Sequence record: MH791409.1
From: Escherichia phage EcWhh-1
Length of the DNA: 64,000 nt
Direction: 5' to 3' (one strand)
The notes under the pieces were generated by a model. It worked only from the letters and a program-made list of their open reading frames with translations, was not told the origin of the DNA and ran no database searches. Made by a program: the position numbers and the translations under genes. This document shows, one piece after another, positions 53,102 to 61,641 of this stretch (position 1 is the stretch's first letter; every line of letters starts with the position of its first letter).

Positions 53102-53454
53102 TTAGAGTTTAATCCTCGATTGTAAGAATCGACGAGTCTGTCTACCATAGACGCGCACATTTCTTTGTACTTTTTATCAGATGGAATACATTCAGTAACG
53201 TTTAGACGTTGCTCGTATCTTTTAGAAAGAGTTTTCTCTTTCATTCGGCGATGCTCTACGTCGTTCTGGCCATCTTTAAAAGCAGCTGTGATTTTTGAAC
53301 TGAATTCGATAACGCATTCAGTATTACTTGGATGACAATAATCTTTTGCTGTACGGGTAGCATACTCGACAATTGAATTATTGCTATCATCAACTTGTGA
53401 CGCTAATACTCCCGGAGCTATCAACATAAGCGCTATAGTCATCTGCTTAATCAT
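53098..53454 (-). CDS. secreted/periplasmic hypothetical protein
   Basis: 118 aa; signal peptide MIKQMTIALMLIAPGVLASQ. Confidence 0.45.
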   Translation of the reverse strand: MIKQMTIALMLIAPGVLASQVDDSNNSIVEYATRTAKDYCHPSNTECVIEFSSKITAAFKDGQNDVEHRRMKEKTLSKRYEQRLNVTECIPSDKKYKEMCASMVDRLVDSYNRGLNSK

Positions 53455-53994
53455 TTAATATACCGCCTCAAACATCTTTTTAGATTTTAGGTAATTGGCC
53501 TTTTCTAGAACTTCAGAAGCATATTTACTGCCTGCTTTGACGTTCCAGCCCGCATTATAAGAAGCAATCGCTTTTCTCAGGTCACCTTTGTGAACATCAA
53601 TCCAATAAGACAGTTCAATGTAGGCCCAAGAGGCACTGTTCTGTCGTTTTTGGACCATACGAATTATTTCTTTGTCTGACATCTTCCAACCTACCTGTTG
53701 AACACGACTTCTTAACGTAGGCAAGTAATTTTGGAACATGCCATAAGCATGGTGCTTATCTTTATTTAAACCTTGATTAATTCCGGCTGATGATTCCTGC
53801 CATAGTAATCCGGCCATGATATATCCTAATCCTTTTTGATTAGGGTTTTCTTTGAACTTTCCCGACTTTTGGTATTGTTCACCGAAAGCATACGCATAAT
53901 GTAAATTATCGAGTTGTTCATTACTGAAAGTAGGCTCTACGCTATAGGCAGACATACTAACTGTCAATAGTAAAGTGGCTAATACTTTTTTCAT
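53455..53994 (-). CDS. periplasmic lytic transglycosylase (SLT domain)
   Basis: 179 aa; signal peptide MKKVLATLLLTVSMSAYS; SLT motifs in order: catalytic E-S (LLWQESSAG), GLMQ-type (AYGMFQ), AYNAG-type (ASYNAGWN). Confidence 0.6.
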   Translation of the reverse strand: MKKVLATLLLTVSMSAYSVEPTFSNEQLDNLHYAYAFGEQYQKSGKFKENPNQKGLGYIMAGLLWQESSAGINQGLNKDKHHAYGMFQNYLPTLRSRVQQVGWKMSDKEIIRMVQKRQNSASWAYIELSYWIDVHKGDLRKAIASYNAGWNVKAGSKYASEVLEKANYLKSKKMFEAVY

Positions 53995-54006
53995 GAGACC
54001 TCATTA

Positions 54007-54465
54007 TTAAAGATAGATTACTTTCGTGCTGGTTTTACCTTCTAAACGTTTAGAGTTAACAAATGCCATACGACATTTTAATGAATATCCTTTATCAGGA
54101 TGTTTACGATCTACGGTCATACCCAACCATAAGGTTTTATCGGTAATCTCGAGACGCAGCGGACGATACACCTTACCTGGGACAATTTCGGATTCTACAT
54201 CAGGCAGAGGTTCCTGGATTAAGAATTCATGGATTTCTTTAACATGGTTATGGAGTTGCTTGAATAAAGCAAAAACGTATTTTTCGTCGATTTCACGTTG
54301 GATAGCACGGTCCAACAAATGATTGGAGTACTTAATAAAGAAGGCTGGGACTCCGCTCTTAATGGCGGCTTTTTTGATGGACGCATTCAGTTCACGGAAT
54401 TCGGTTTCAAACTGACGACGTAATTTGTTGCGGCGGATGAATACTTCTGAATTAATTTCTGACAT
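54007..54465 (-). CDS. regB: site-specific endoribonuclease RegB
   Basis: 152 aa; EVFIRRNKLRR.FE.EFR..N..I......G...F..KYS.HLLDRAIQREIDE.YVF.LF...YRP.RLEITD..LWLG closely matches remembered T4 RegB. Confidence 0.9.
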   Translation of the reverse strand: MSEINSEVFIRRNKLRRQFETEFRELNASIKKAAIKSGVPAFFIKYSNHLLDRAIQREIDEKYVFALFKQLHNHVKEIHEFLIQEPLPDVESEIVPGKVYRPLRLEITDKTLWLGMTVDRKHPDKGYSLKCRMAFVNSKRLEGKTSTKVIYL

Positions 54466-54493
54466 TTTGTAATCTCCTGTAGTTGATAGGTTT

Positions 54494-54522
54494 ATAGTAT
54501 CATGTCTACAGGAGATGTAAAC
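54494..54522 (-). promoter_or_regulatory. early-type promoter cassette upstream of regB
   Basis: minus strand GTTTACATCTCCTGTAGACATGATACTATAAACCTATCAACTACAGGAG with inverted repeat CTCCTGTAG/CTACAGGAG. Confidence 0.5.
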
Positions 54523-54526
54523 TGCT

Positions 54527-54778
54527 TTATTCTTGGAATGGGGTAAGTTTTCCAGCAGCTGAACAAATTTCTACCAGTACAGGGTAAAACTCTTTCACTT
54601 GTTCAAGGCGTTGGGCTGCATACTGTACTTCGCCTTCTTCGAGACAAGCCATTTGGTCGTCAAGCAAGTATTTGTGGTAACCAGTACAGGCTTCACCGAT
54701 GATACGTTGGAAATCTTGCAAACTTTCAATTTTCATCAGTATTTTTCCTCGGGTTGGAAAACGGAACGACATGCCCAC
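54527..54778 (-). CDS. hypothetical small protein (vs.x block)
   Basis: track ORF 83 aa. Confidence 0.35.
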   Translation of the reverse strand: MGMSFRFPTRGKILMKIESLQDFQRIIGEACTGYHKYLLDDQMACLEEGEVQYAAQRLEQVKEFYPVLVEICSAAGKLTPFQE

Positions 54779-55014
54779 ATGCTTGCTTCTTTCAAGCGTT
54801 CGATTGCTGTACGAATCTGGGCTAGGCGTTCATGGGTGAGGTTGAATTCTTCATCACTCATTTTATCAACACCCGAGCATGTAAAGGCTTCAACATATTC
54901 TTCTTCCAAGGCTTTAAAGATTAACCCTAATCGAACTTCAGCATCTTTAATCGCGTTCACTTTACCGATTTTATCGTCGGTATGCGGCTTATAACCCTTA
55001 ATATCTTCAATCAT
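54736..55014 (-). CDS. hypothetical small protein (vs.x block)
   Basis: track ORF 92 aa. Confidence 0.35.
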   Translation of the reverse strand: MIEDIKGYKPHTDDKIGKVNAIKDAEVRLGLIFKALEEEYVEAFTCSGVDKMSDEEFNLTHERLAQIRTAIERLKEASMWACRSVFQPEEKY

Positions 55015-55229
55015 TTCGCTTCCTCATCAGATGCAATATCGTATTCAACTAAATGAATCCCATCATATCCACCACGAACAGAGATATATGTGCTAGGATA
55101 AACGGTTTCTTTACCGTTCCATTGTCCACCATTCCAACATTCCAAAAAGCCTTGTTCGCCCTGTTCGTGGAACCAGTCAACAAACATCTTCAGAGCTTCA
55201 TCAGAGCCTTCAATTGTCAATTTAGACAT
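55011..55229 (-). CDS. hypothetical small acidic protein (vs.x block)
   Basis: track ORF 72 aa. Confidence 0.35.
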   Translation of the reverse strand: MSKLTIEGSDEALKMFVDWFHEQGEQGFLECWNGGQWNGKETVYPSTYISVRGGYDGIHLVEYDIASDEEAK

Positions 55230-55566
55230 ATTTCTTCCAGTCAGAAATCATATAAATCTCTTGGTCATATGTCAAGAGACTACGAGTTATAATACCCTTA
55301 CAAGGCCCTGAGATGAACTCGAGGGTGAAGTAAGGAACCTGTTTCATTAATCGGATGCTCGGGGCATGACATCTAAAACGAGAGCCCTTAAAGGGCCCTG
55401 TCATGAATACATATTCTAATGGATAGAAATAAGCATACTCGAAATTTTTAGTAAGGTCCTCTCTTCGAACCTTACGTGAGAAATAACAGAACTCAAAAAG
55501 TTCTTCATCAGTCATCATTGCATTCCTATCACAAAGAACAGAGGCAAAGGCTTGTCGCCTTGACAC
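55222..55566 (-). CDS. hypothetical protein (vs.x block)
   Basis: track ORF 114 aa. Confidence 0.35.
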   Translation of the reverse strand: MSRRQAFASVLCDRNAMMTDEELFEFCYFSRKVRREDLTKNFEYAYFYPLEYVFMTGPFKGSRFRCHAPSIRLMKQVPYFTLEFISGPCKGIITRSLLTYDQEIYMISDWKKYV

Positions 55567-56042
55567 ATAAATTTATTAATCATTACCTGGTAAGCTTCAT
55601 AGAACTTATCCATCGCCGGAAGGCGCATCGGCTCTTCGATAATAATCAATAATCGAGTAACAGATAGTCCACGATACTTATGGAAATTGTCTTCATCAAG
55701 GAAACTGCGCACAGTATCATAGACAACAAAACCAGGACCTTCGACTTGGAGATGTGGTTGTGCCTTAGAAACCTGTTTTATTACATTACAAATTTCCCGC
55801 GAGCGATGCGAAGAACTTGACATAACAATCACATCATTACCTTTGGAAACCCAATCAGCTGCGAACTGAGCAAGGGCACTTGTTTTACCTGTTTGGCGTC
55901 CGCCGTCAAGTCGAAGAGTACCAAACTCTTGCATTCTTGAAGCTGGTTCATACCAGGTGTATTGGTCTGAGTCTAAACGTTCAATGGCGCGTTCAGCGAA
56001 GGCGTGCATTAAGGTTAGATAAATGGGAGTTAAAAATTTCAT
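55515..56042 (-). CDS. small P-loop NTPase-like protein
   Basis: 175 aa; Walker A GGRQTGKTS; hydrophobic stretch LLIIIEE as a possible Walker B. Confidence 0.4.
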   Translation of the reverse strand: MKFLTPIYLTLMHAFAERAIERLDSDQYTWYEPASRMQEFGTLRLDGGRQTGKTSALAQFAADWVSKGNDVIVMSSSSHRSREICNVIKQVSKAQPHLQVEGPGFVVYDTVRSFLDEDNFHKYRGLSVTRLLIIIEEPMRLPAMDKFYEAYQVMINKFMCQGDKPLPLFFVIGMQ

Positions 56043-56203
56043 AGTAGTCTCTTAGCGGTGGGGCCGTTCCTTGGCACATTAAGTCGTCCATGTATCCGTA
56101 TGTAAACCCTTTACCGCACTTGGGCTCGACCTTATTACAGGTAGGGAAAGGCCCATCACTCAGAGGACGCAACGTTCATGAGGAGAGGGTCGGCTTGCCT
56201 TTA

Positions 56204-56503
56204 TTAGAAAGAACCAGAACCTTTAATTGTGTTCTGACGACCTTTATTTTCTAATTCAGAGTGGTCGATTTCATATGCTTGTGCTACGCCAAAGGCCTTT
56301 TTAACTTTAGCTAAAGAACCTTTAGATGTAACAATATTAAAAGTATTACCTTTGGTAAAATCAACCAAATCGACTTGTACACCCTGTTTACCAAGGCTTG
56401 CTACAATAGCGTCAACATATTCTTGGTCTAAAGTGCCTTGGACTCCAATTTGAAATGCTTTAGGGGCTTTGGCTTCTGTAATAAATTCTTGATAAGTTTT
56501 CAT
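56204..56503 (-). CDS. capsid internal protein (IPII-like) with N-terminal capsid-targeting sequence
   Basis: 99 aa beginning MKTYQEFITEA, the conserved T4 internal-protein targeting/propeptide sequence. Confidence 0.6.
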   Translation of the reverse strand: MKTYQEFITEAKAPKAFQIGVQGTLDQEYVDAIVASLGKQGVQVDLVDFTKGNTFNIVTSKGSLAKVKKAFGVAQAYEIDHSELENKGRQNTIKGSGSF

Positions 56504-56524
56504 ATTATTCCTTAAGTTGATAGA

Positions 56525-56554
56525 AGTATTCTATCACGGATTTAATTAAGCGTA
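56525..56554 (-). promoter_or_regulatory. early-type promoter variant (ATTTAC / TAGAAT)
   Basis: minus strand ATTTACGCTTAATTAAATCCGTGATAGAATACTTCTATCAAC; overlaps the 3' end of denV. Confidence 0.3.
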
Positions 56555-56962
56555 AATAGCCTTACCATAATGTTTGTACCAGGTAGGGCGCTGTGCAATT
56601 TTTTCGTCTAAACGGGCTTGTGAAATAGCGATAGAAGCTTCGTGAGGAACATAATCACCACGGAATTCCTGAGGAATATCACTAATGTCCTGGACCGTAG
56701 TATCCTTGATATTAAAACCACGTTTTAAACATTCGGCTATAAGCTCAATTTGTCGCTTACGTAAAAATTCAAGCTTATCGTAAAAGAATGTAACATGGCC
56801 TGTGCCAAGGATAAAAGTAGGACTGATTTTAAAATCACGAACACGTTTACCGTTAGCAACATGCTTACGAACTGCACCGAAAACACGTGGTAATTCACGA
56901 TATTCAGCCATTAAGTGTTGGTCAGCCAATTCAGATACTAAGGTAAGGTTGATACGAGTCAT
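56546..56962 (-). CDS. denV: endonuclease V (pyrimidine-dimer DNA glycosylase/AP lyase)
   Basis: 138 aa; [53 protein letters not shown]... essentially identical to remembered T4 DenV. Confidence 0.95.
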   Translation of the reverse strand: MTRINLTLVSELADQHLMAEYRELPRVFGAVRKHVANGKRVRDFKISPTFILGTGHVTFFYDKLEFLRKRQIELIAECLKRGFNIKDTTVQDISDIPQEFRGDYVPHEASIAISQARLDEKIAQRPTWYKHYGKAIYA

Positions 56963-56990
56963 TTTTTAATCTCCTGTAGTTGATAGGTCT

Positions 56991-57019
56991 ATAGTATCAT
57001 GCCTACAGGAGAAGTAAAC
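56991..57019 (-). promoter_or_regulatory. early-type promoter cassette upstream of denV
   Basis: minus strand GTTTACTTCTCCTGTAGGCATGATACTATAGACCTATCAACTACAGGAGATTAAAAAATG; 9-bp inverted repeat CTCCTGTAG/CTACAGGAG places the Shine-Dalgarno in a hairpin only in read-through transcripts. Confidence 0.55.
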
Positions 57020-57418
57020 TTATTTGTAAGTTTTCATCCAATTCTTAAACAAAGCTGCGACGTCTTTCTCTTTAACGTTCAATTTAACGTCCAGCATTTT
57101 GCCACCAGCGGCACGTGTCTGACGAATCTTAGCCGTACCGGTTTCGCCATTCCACTCAACATAATACTGTCCGGTGTTCATAGCGATACCATCGCCATAG
57201 TCTTCGTTCTTAGAAGTAGTGAATGCTAACTTCATGGTCTTAGAGACACGGGCCTGCATGCCTGTCTGCAGAGCGTTACGAACGCGAATAACCTGAGGAG
57301 TGGCCTGGGTAAGGTTCTCATTCAGTTCTTCAGTGAACTCTTCGGATTCAAACATCGCCAAAAGTTCTTTAGATGCAGGAATTACATTCTCTGCGATAAA
57401 TTCATTATAAGTTTTCAT
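57020..57418 (-). CDS. capsid internal protein (IPIII-like) with N-terminal capsid-targeting sequence
   Basis: 132 aa beginning [10 protein letters not shown]. Confidence 0.6.
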   Translation of the reverse strand: MKTYNEFIAENVIPASKELLAMFESEEFTEELNENLTQATPQVIRVRNALQTGMQARVSKTMKLAFTTSKNEDYGDGIAMNTGQYYVEWNGETGTAKIRQTRAAGGKMLDVKLNVKEKDVAALFKNWMKTYK

Positions 57419-57899
57419 ATGCTTTCCAAGTACCTGTTTTAAATGTAGAAATCACGCGCTTAGCACGATTAGGAGTTTGTCTATACCAACGAGATTGAGC
57501 CAGGTTAACTGCCGCATCGTCCCAACGTTTCTGTTGGAGCATACGTAAAGAGTTAGTGAACCCTGCTACGCCTGCTTCACCCATTTGGAAGACCATGTTA
57601 ATTAAAGCACAACGACGAACTTCGTCCAGTACATCATAAACAGGTTTCAATTTAGGATTACGCAGAATAGCTCTACGAGCATTTTCAACCGATCGGTTAA
57701 AGAGTTGCTCAGCTTCAGCCATAGTAATACGACCGTTGCAAACTCGACCCATAAGCTTATCAAGTTCAGCGCGAGCAACATCTTTAGATGGGTTCTTGGT
57801 AATCAACTGGCCAATGCCAATAGTCCAATAACCTTCGGTGTCTTTATAAAGATTTAAATCAAGACCTTCGTCTTGACGTAACATATCAAAAATATCCAT
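57405..57899 (-). CDS. e: endolysin (T4 lysozyme)
   Basis: 164 aa, same length as T4 lysozyme; [22 protein letters not shown]...A..ELDK..GR.CNG.IT..EAE.LFN......[68 protein letters not shown]. Confidence 0.95.
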   Translation of the reverse strand: MDIFDMLRQDEGLDLNLYKDTEGYWTIGIGQLITKNPSKDVARAELDKLMGRVCNGRITMAEAEQLFNRSVENARRAILRNPKLKPVYDVLDEVRRCALINMVFQMGEAGVAGFTNSLRMLQQKRWDDAAVNLAQSRWYRQTPNRAKRVISTFKTGTWKAYENL

Positions 57900-57903
57900 A
57901 ATA

Positions 57904-57921
57904 CCTCCTGAGTATAGGAGG
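57904..57921 (-). promoter_or_regulatory. RBS-sequestering hairpin in the gene e leader
   Basis: minus strand CCTCCTATACTCAGGAGG: 6-bp stem whose 3' arm is the AGGAGG Shine-Dalgarno of e. Confidence 0.45.
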
Positions 57922-57929
57922 TATTTATA
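57922..57929 (-). promoter_or_regulatory. late promoter TATAAATA for gene e
   Basis: exact late-promoter octamer immediately 5' of the hairpin; a late transcript would start at the hairpin 5' arm and leave the Shine-Dalgarno free. Confidence 0.5.
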
Positions 57930-58379
57930 TCAAAAGAGCGAATCTAAAACCTTAAACATCGACGGACCCATGACATATTCCCATTGAGGACGTTTAATCA
58001 AGGCGAACGCATCGAATTCAGGAACCGTGCGACCATCAGGGAACGTATGGTAAGCGGTACATTTGCAATCCTTGAACTGCTCGTGTTCCACAGGCACAGT
58101 ATATAAGAACAGATGTAGATTCTTATTGCTTGAATATTTGAACTCACCTAGGTCTTTCAGGAACGCAGGATCGTATGCTGTGAATCCGATCTCTTCTTCG
58201 GTTTCACGCATTGCCGCTTGAATAGGCTCTTCGCCCGGTTCGACATGGCCTTTAGGAATGTCCCATTTATGACGCATGTTCTCTGGATTACGAGAGCCTG
58301 TTACACGACCCATAACTAGTTCTTTATCAACGGTCATGAATAAAATACCGGCAGATAATTCTTTCGCTTTCTTACTCAT
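57930..58379 (-). CDS. nudE: Nudix hydrolase
   Basis: start moved to MSKKAKELSAGILF (ATG verified); Nudix box GHVEPGEEPIQAAMRETEEEIGF; sits immediately after e as in T4. Confidence 0.75.
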   Translation of the reverse strand: MSKKAKELSAGILFMTVDKELVMGRVTGSRNPENMRHKWDIPKGHVEPGEEPIQAAMRETEEEIGFTAYDPAFLKDLGEFKYSSNKNLHLFLYTVPVEHEQFKDCKCTAYHTFPDGRTVPEFDAFALIKRPQWEYVMGPSMFKVLDSLF

Positions 58380-58608
58380 CGTCTCGTTCCCATGATTGTT
58401 TAAAGATATCTCGTATAATAATTTCAACACATGTTTCTGTTGACGGACTTTCACTATCAGATATTTGGACCATATAATCAGAAATAGGTCGGAACATATC
58501 CAAGTCGCTTTCTAAATCTTCTTTGATTTTCTCTTCTGATGTTCCGGTGTCATAGGAATACAGATAAGAATCACATGACTCGGATTTAATATAAATTGCA
58601 ATACTCAT
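58372..58608 (-). CDS. hypothetical small acidic protein
   Basis: track ORF 78 aa. Confidence 0.35.
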   Translation of the reverse strand: MSIAIYIKSESCDSYLYSYDTGTSEEKIKEDLESDLDMFRPISDYMVQISDSESPSTETCVEIIIRDIFKQSWERDDE

Positions 58609-59192
58609 TTACGGCATTCCTCAATAAAGGAGTTCAATGTATTTTTCTTGGTGTTATCATCATATACCTTTTTAACTTTAGAAATACGAAAAGGTACTTC
58701 GATAACCGAGGTCCATAAAAATGACGCAATAAGACCTGAGATAGCCGCAGACATCGCTGAAGCAAATACACAAATAGGCAGGTCATTATCTGTTTTCAGG
58801 AAAAACCAAAGGAGTGGAAAAAATAATATTCCCATCCAAACATAGAACCTAGAACTCACTAATTTGTCATATTCGTCACTCCATGCACGAAAGCCGTATT
58901 TTTTGCTATAACAAATCAATGGGTCGGGTGTCTGTTCTTTGAGTGGTTCTGGTTGCCAACCGTTTACGATATAGCCCATTTTATATTCCTCAATTAAAAG
59001 CCGTTTCATTTCAGCAGTACAACCGGACCAATCTATCGTACTAGCTGGAATTCCTTCATCGCCATCATCAATATTTCGCCAAGACTTTTTAATAACCATA
59101 TTCTCACCACTTGGGATAATAATTCCAGCATTTTCCGACCGACGGATGAAGTTTGCATCAATACCCATACACCCAGGTTCATAAAGGGCCAT
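58605..59192 (-). CDS. membrane protein
   Basis: 195 aa with two C-terminal hydrophobic helices. Confidence 0.4.
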   Translation of the reverse strand: MALYEPGCMGIDANFIRRSENAGIIIPSGENMVIKKSWRNIDDGDEGIPASTIDWSGCTAEMKRLLIEEYKMGYIVNGWQPEPLKEQTPDPLICYSKKYGFRAWSDEYDKLVSSRFYVWMGILFFPLLWFFLKTDNDLPICVFASAMSAAISGLIASFLWTSVIEVPFRISKVKKVYDDNTKKNTLNSFIEECRK

Positions 59193-59878
59193 TACCAGCC
59201 CTCCATAGGAAATTCCAGATAAACTTGAGCATTAACACGGATTTCATTAGTAATCTTTTTAACACGGTCGGTATTACGAGAGACACGACCAAACCAGCGC
59301 CAACCGTTACTTACTGCACGAGAACCTGTATGCCATGTCTGCCAATCAAACTGGAGTAACGTGCGGTCAGGGGCATCCCACTTGGTTAATTCATTAGACT
59401 CAATTTTTTCCAGAACTTCTTTATGCCACTGGCGATAGATAAGTTCGCCTTCAGGAATCTGGCTAAATTGTGCAGTTCCGGTTGCAAAATAAGTAGGACA
59501 CACATCAGCGTTAACAAGACCGAGAATATGTTCAGAATGGTAACGAGGATTATCATAATCAGGTTGCCCTGCGGTAATAAAGTGCTGGCCAACCGGAATA
59601 TCCGGACGCGGTACATCATCATGATGATAACCTGGGATAGCAGGGTACCAACCAGGCATCAGCATATGAACACGAGAATCAAATACAACCTGGTCGGTGT
59701 TCCAATCATCTGGTAGGTTCATGATGAAGCTGCGGGTAATAGGTCCGCCATTATCAAAAGCGAAGGCTAACGAGCTGTTGAAGAACATAGGTTCGTTTTT
59801 GATTTTATCATTAGAAATTTTACCAGCGAAACCGCCTACTGCACGAGCTTTAGAATTAAAAGTTTTTGGACCGTTCAT
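59192..59878 (-). CDS. hypothetical protein
   Basis: track ORF 228 aa. Confidence 0.45.
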   Translation of the reverse strand: MNGPKTFNSKARAVGGFAGKISNDKIKNEPMFFNSSLAFAFDNGGPITRSFIMNLPDDWNTDQVVFDSRVHMLMPGWYPAIPGYHHDDVPRPDIPVGQHFITAGQPDYDNPRYHSEHILGLVNADVCPTYFATGTAQFSQIPEGELIYRQWHKEVLEKIESNELTKWDAPDRTLLQFDWQTWHTGSRAVSNGWRWFGRVSRNTDRVKKITNEIRVNAQVYLEFPMEGW

Positions 59879-59892
59879 AATATTTTCCTCAC

Positions 59893-60105
59893 TTACTTTT
59901 TGTTGAAAAAGTACATTTTACCTTTAGGGGACAAGGATACACGAAGTGCATTACCAATACCAACTGAACATTTAACCAGGTCAGCAGATTTCAATTCACC
60001 AAATGCTTGACGAAGGTCTCCATCACGAGTGTTAACCATCAGGCATTTAGCACCAGCTGCACGAACTTCGTTTAACATGTTGATTGCTTGATTAGAAAGT
60101 TTCAT
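59893..60105 (-). CDS. hypothetical protein
   Basis: track ORF trimmed to ATG with GGAGAA Shine-Dalgarno (MKLSNQAINMLNEV...); the longer track start would overlap the promoter cassette. Confidence 0.4.
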   Translation of the reverse strand: MKLSNQAINMLNEVRAAGAKCLMVNTRDGDLRQAFGELKSADLVKCSVGIGNALRVSLSPKGKMYFFNKK

Positions 60106-60142
60106 TTTATTCTCCATTTCACTCTGTTGTTTTGATAGGTCT

Positions 60143-60171
60143 ATAGTATCACACCTATAGACCTTGTAAAC
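60143..60171 (-). promoter_or_regulatory. early-type promoter cassette
   Basis: minus strand GTTTACAAGGTCTATAGGTGTGATACTATAGACCTATCAAAAC. Confidence 0.5.
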
Positions 60172-60183
60172 AATTTTATGCAA

Positions 60184-61143
60184 TTATTTTTCGAAAGGAC
60201 GAATTAAATGATGGTTATCTTGGAATCGTTTGATGTAGTCACTTTCACCTAAAGTCTTGTACATATTAACCACAGCTTGGTAGTTTTCCCATGCATAAGT
60301 GCGGAACCAACCTGAAGTGATTGAGGTACACACTTTCTCAAGAGCCATATAGAAACTTAATGATGGTGAAATATTGAAGTCATTAGGAACCTGTGAACGT
60401 TCTAGTGCCAGGACACAAGTTTCTTCATATACACCAGCCAGTTTAATAGCTTCAGGCAAAGCCTCGAACTTCTCACGAGAGGTCATGACTTCAGAACCTT
60501 CCTTCATATAAAAGGTATATGCAGGGCGCCCTGCCAATGCCACTGCTTCATGGATAGAGTCGTGGTCTAGCGTATAAATGGTATCGTTAAAGAACGATGA
60601 TTTGTTTACATCCAATTTAGGGTGCTTGTAGCTCAACGTTTCTTTTTGACGTTGCAGCATAATTTCCTGGAGTTCTTCGTTCAGGGTGATACCTTTATTA
60701 CGAAGGTATTTGATGTGGGACATAGTTTTCAGGAAGAAAGGATTATTCTTCAGGAAACGATGAGAGGTTTTGATAGCCAGACAGATATCAGGCGTGGCCC
60801 AATAAAAGCCTGTCATACGGTCCTTTTTAATATGATTTTCAGCATATTTTAGGAGACGATAACTTGAGGTGAAATCTTCGTCTTGAAGCTCACCGGTGAT
60901 TTCTCGTACGTTAGTCAGAGCACGAACGATATATGCTTCAAAATAGGTTTCTTTACCGTTGTACATGCATTTAAAAGCCTGGACATCAGGGTTATCCACA
61001 GGAACATGGGCGCCGAACATCCGAGCTTTAAAGTGGTTCCATGAGCCTTGGTCGGCAATGAAATCCCAATCAGAATTTTCGATATACTTACTTTCAATCA
61101 GACCAGCGTGGTGCAGTGCACGAGAACCAATAACTAACATCAT
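60184..61143 (-). CDS. hypothetical protein
   Basis: track ORF 319 aa; ATG with GAGGAA Shine-Dalgarno. Confidence 0.45.
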   Translation of the reverse strand: MMLVIGSRALHHAGLIESKYIENSDWDFIADQGSWNHFKARMFGAHVPVDNPDVQAFKCMYNGKETYFEAYIVRALTNVREITGELQDEDFTSSYRLLKYAENHIKKDRMTGFYWATPDICLAIKTSHRFLKNNPFFLKTMSHIKYLRNKGITLNEELQEIMLQRQKETLSYKHPKLDVNKSSFFNDTIYTLDHDSIHEAVALAGRPAYTFYMKEGSEVMTSREKFEALPEAIKLAGVYEETCVLALERSQVPNDFNISPSLSFYMALEKVCTSITSGWFRTYAWENYQAVVNMYKTLGESDYIKRFQDNHHLIRPFEK

Positions 61144-61156
61144 AATATTTTCCTCA

Positions 61157-61324
61157 TTAGTAGAGACGAGTTACTTCATATTTACCTAGTTCAGATTTTT
61201 TTGCTTCAACACGCGTGGCAGCGAGATTAGCGGCCTCTAGTGAAGAAAATTGAAGCACTTGTGAAGTATTCTGCCTTACGCCACCTTGTGGGTGAGTAAC
61301 AAAAACAATAAGAACATTATACAT
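61157..61324 (-). CDS. small hypothetical protein (55 aa), not in ORF track
   Basis: MYNVLIVFVTHPQGGVRQNTSQVLQFSSLEAANLAATRVEAKKSELGKYEVTRLY; GAGGAA Shine-Dalgarno. Confidence 0.35.
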   Translation of the reverse strand: MYNVLIVFVTHPQGGVRQNTSQVLQFSSLEAANLAATRVEAKKSELGKYEVTRLY

Positions 61325-61345
61325 AATATTTTCCTCAGAGTAAAC

Positions 61346-61585
61346 TTAAATTTCGGCAACGTAAGTATTATGCAATTCCCACATATCATCGGAATTACTC
61401 TCAACGATAGGAATTATCTCATTAGAAATTTCTTCTGCATAAGGGTCATTGATACAGTGGGCATCTTCAAAACGAACACCGTAATCAGACTTCTTATAGG
61501 CAAAGCCATAAATCTTTTTAAACTTGGCACGAGTAATGCGTACCGGTTCATTAGACTTATCGGACATCGGAGCGTAATACCACAT
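61346..61585 (-). CDS. hypothetical protein
   Basis: track ORF 79 aa. Confidence 0.4.
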   Translation of the reverse strand: MWYYAPMSDKSNEPVRITRAKFKKIYGFAYKKSDYGVRFEDAHCINDPYAEEISNEIIPIVESNSDDMWELHNTYVAEI

Positions 61586-61611
61586 ATGTTCTCCTCATGT
61601 TTGTGTAGGGT

Positions 61612-61641
61612 AATAGTAACACGTATTTTTAGAGTTGTACA
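61612..61641 (-). promoter_or_regulatory. early-type promoter variant (TGTACA / TACTAT)
   Basis: minus strand GTGATGTACAACTCTAAAAATACGTGTTACTATTACCCTACACAAAC. Confidence 0.3.
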
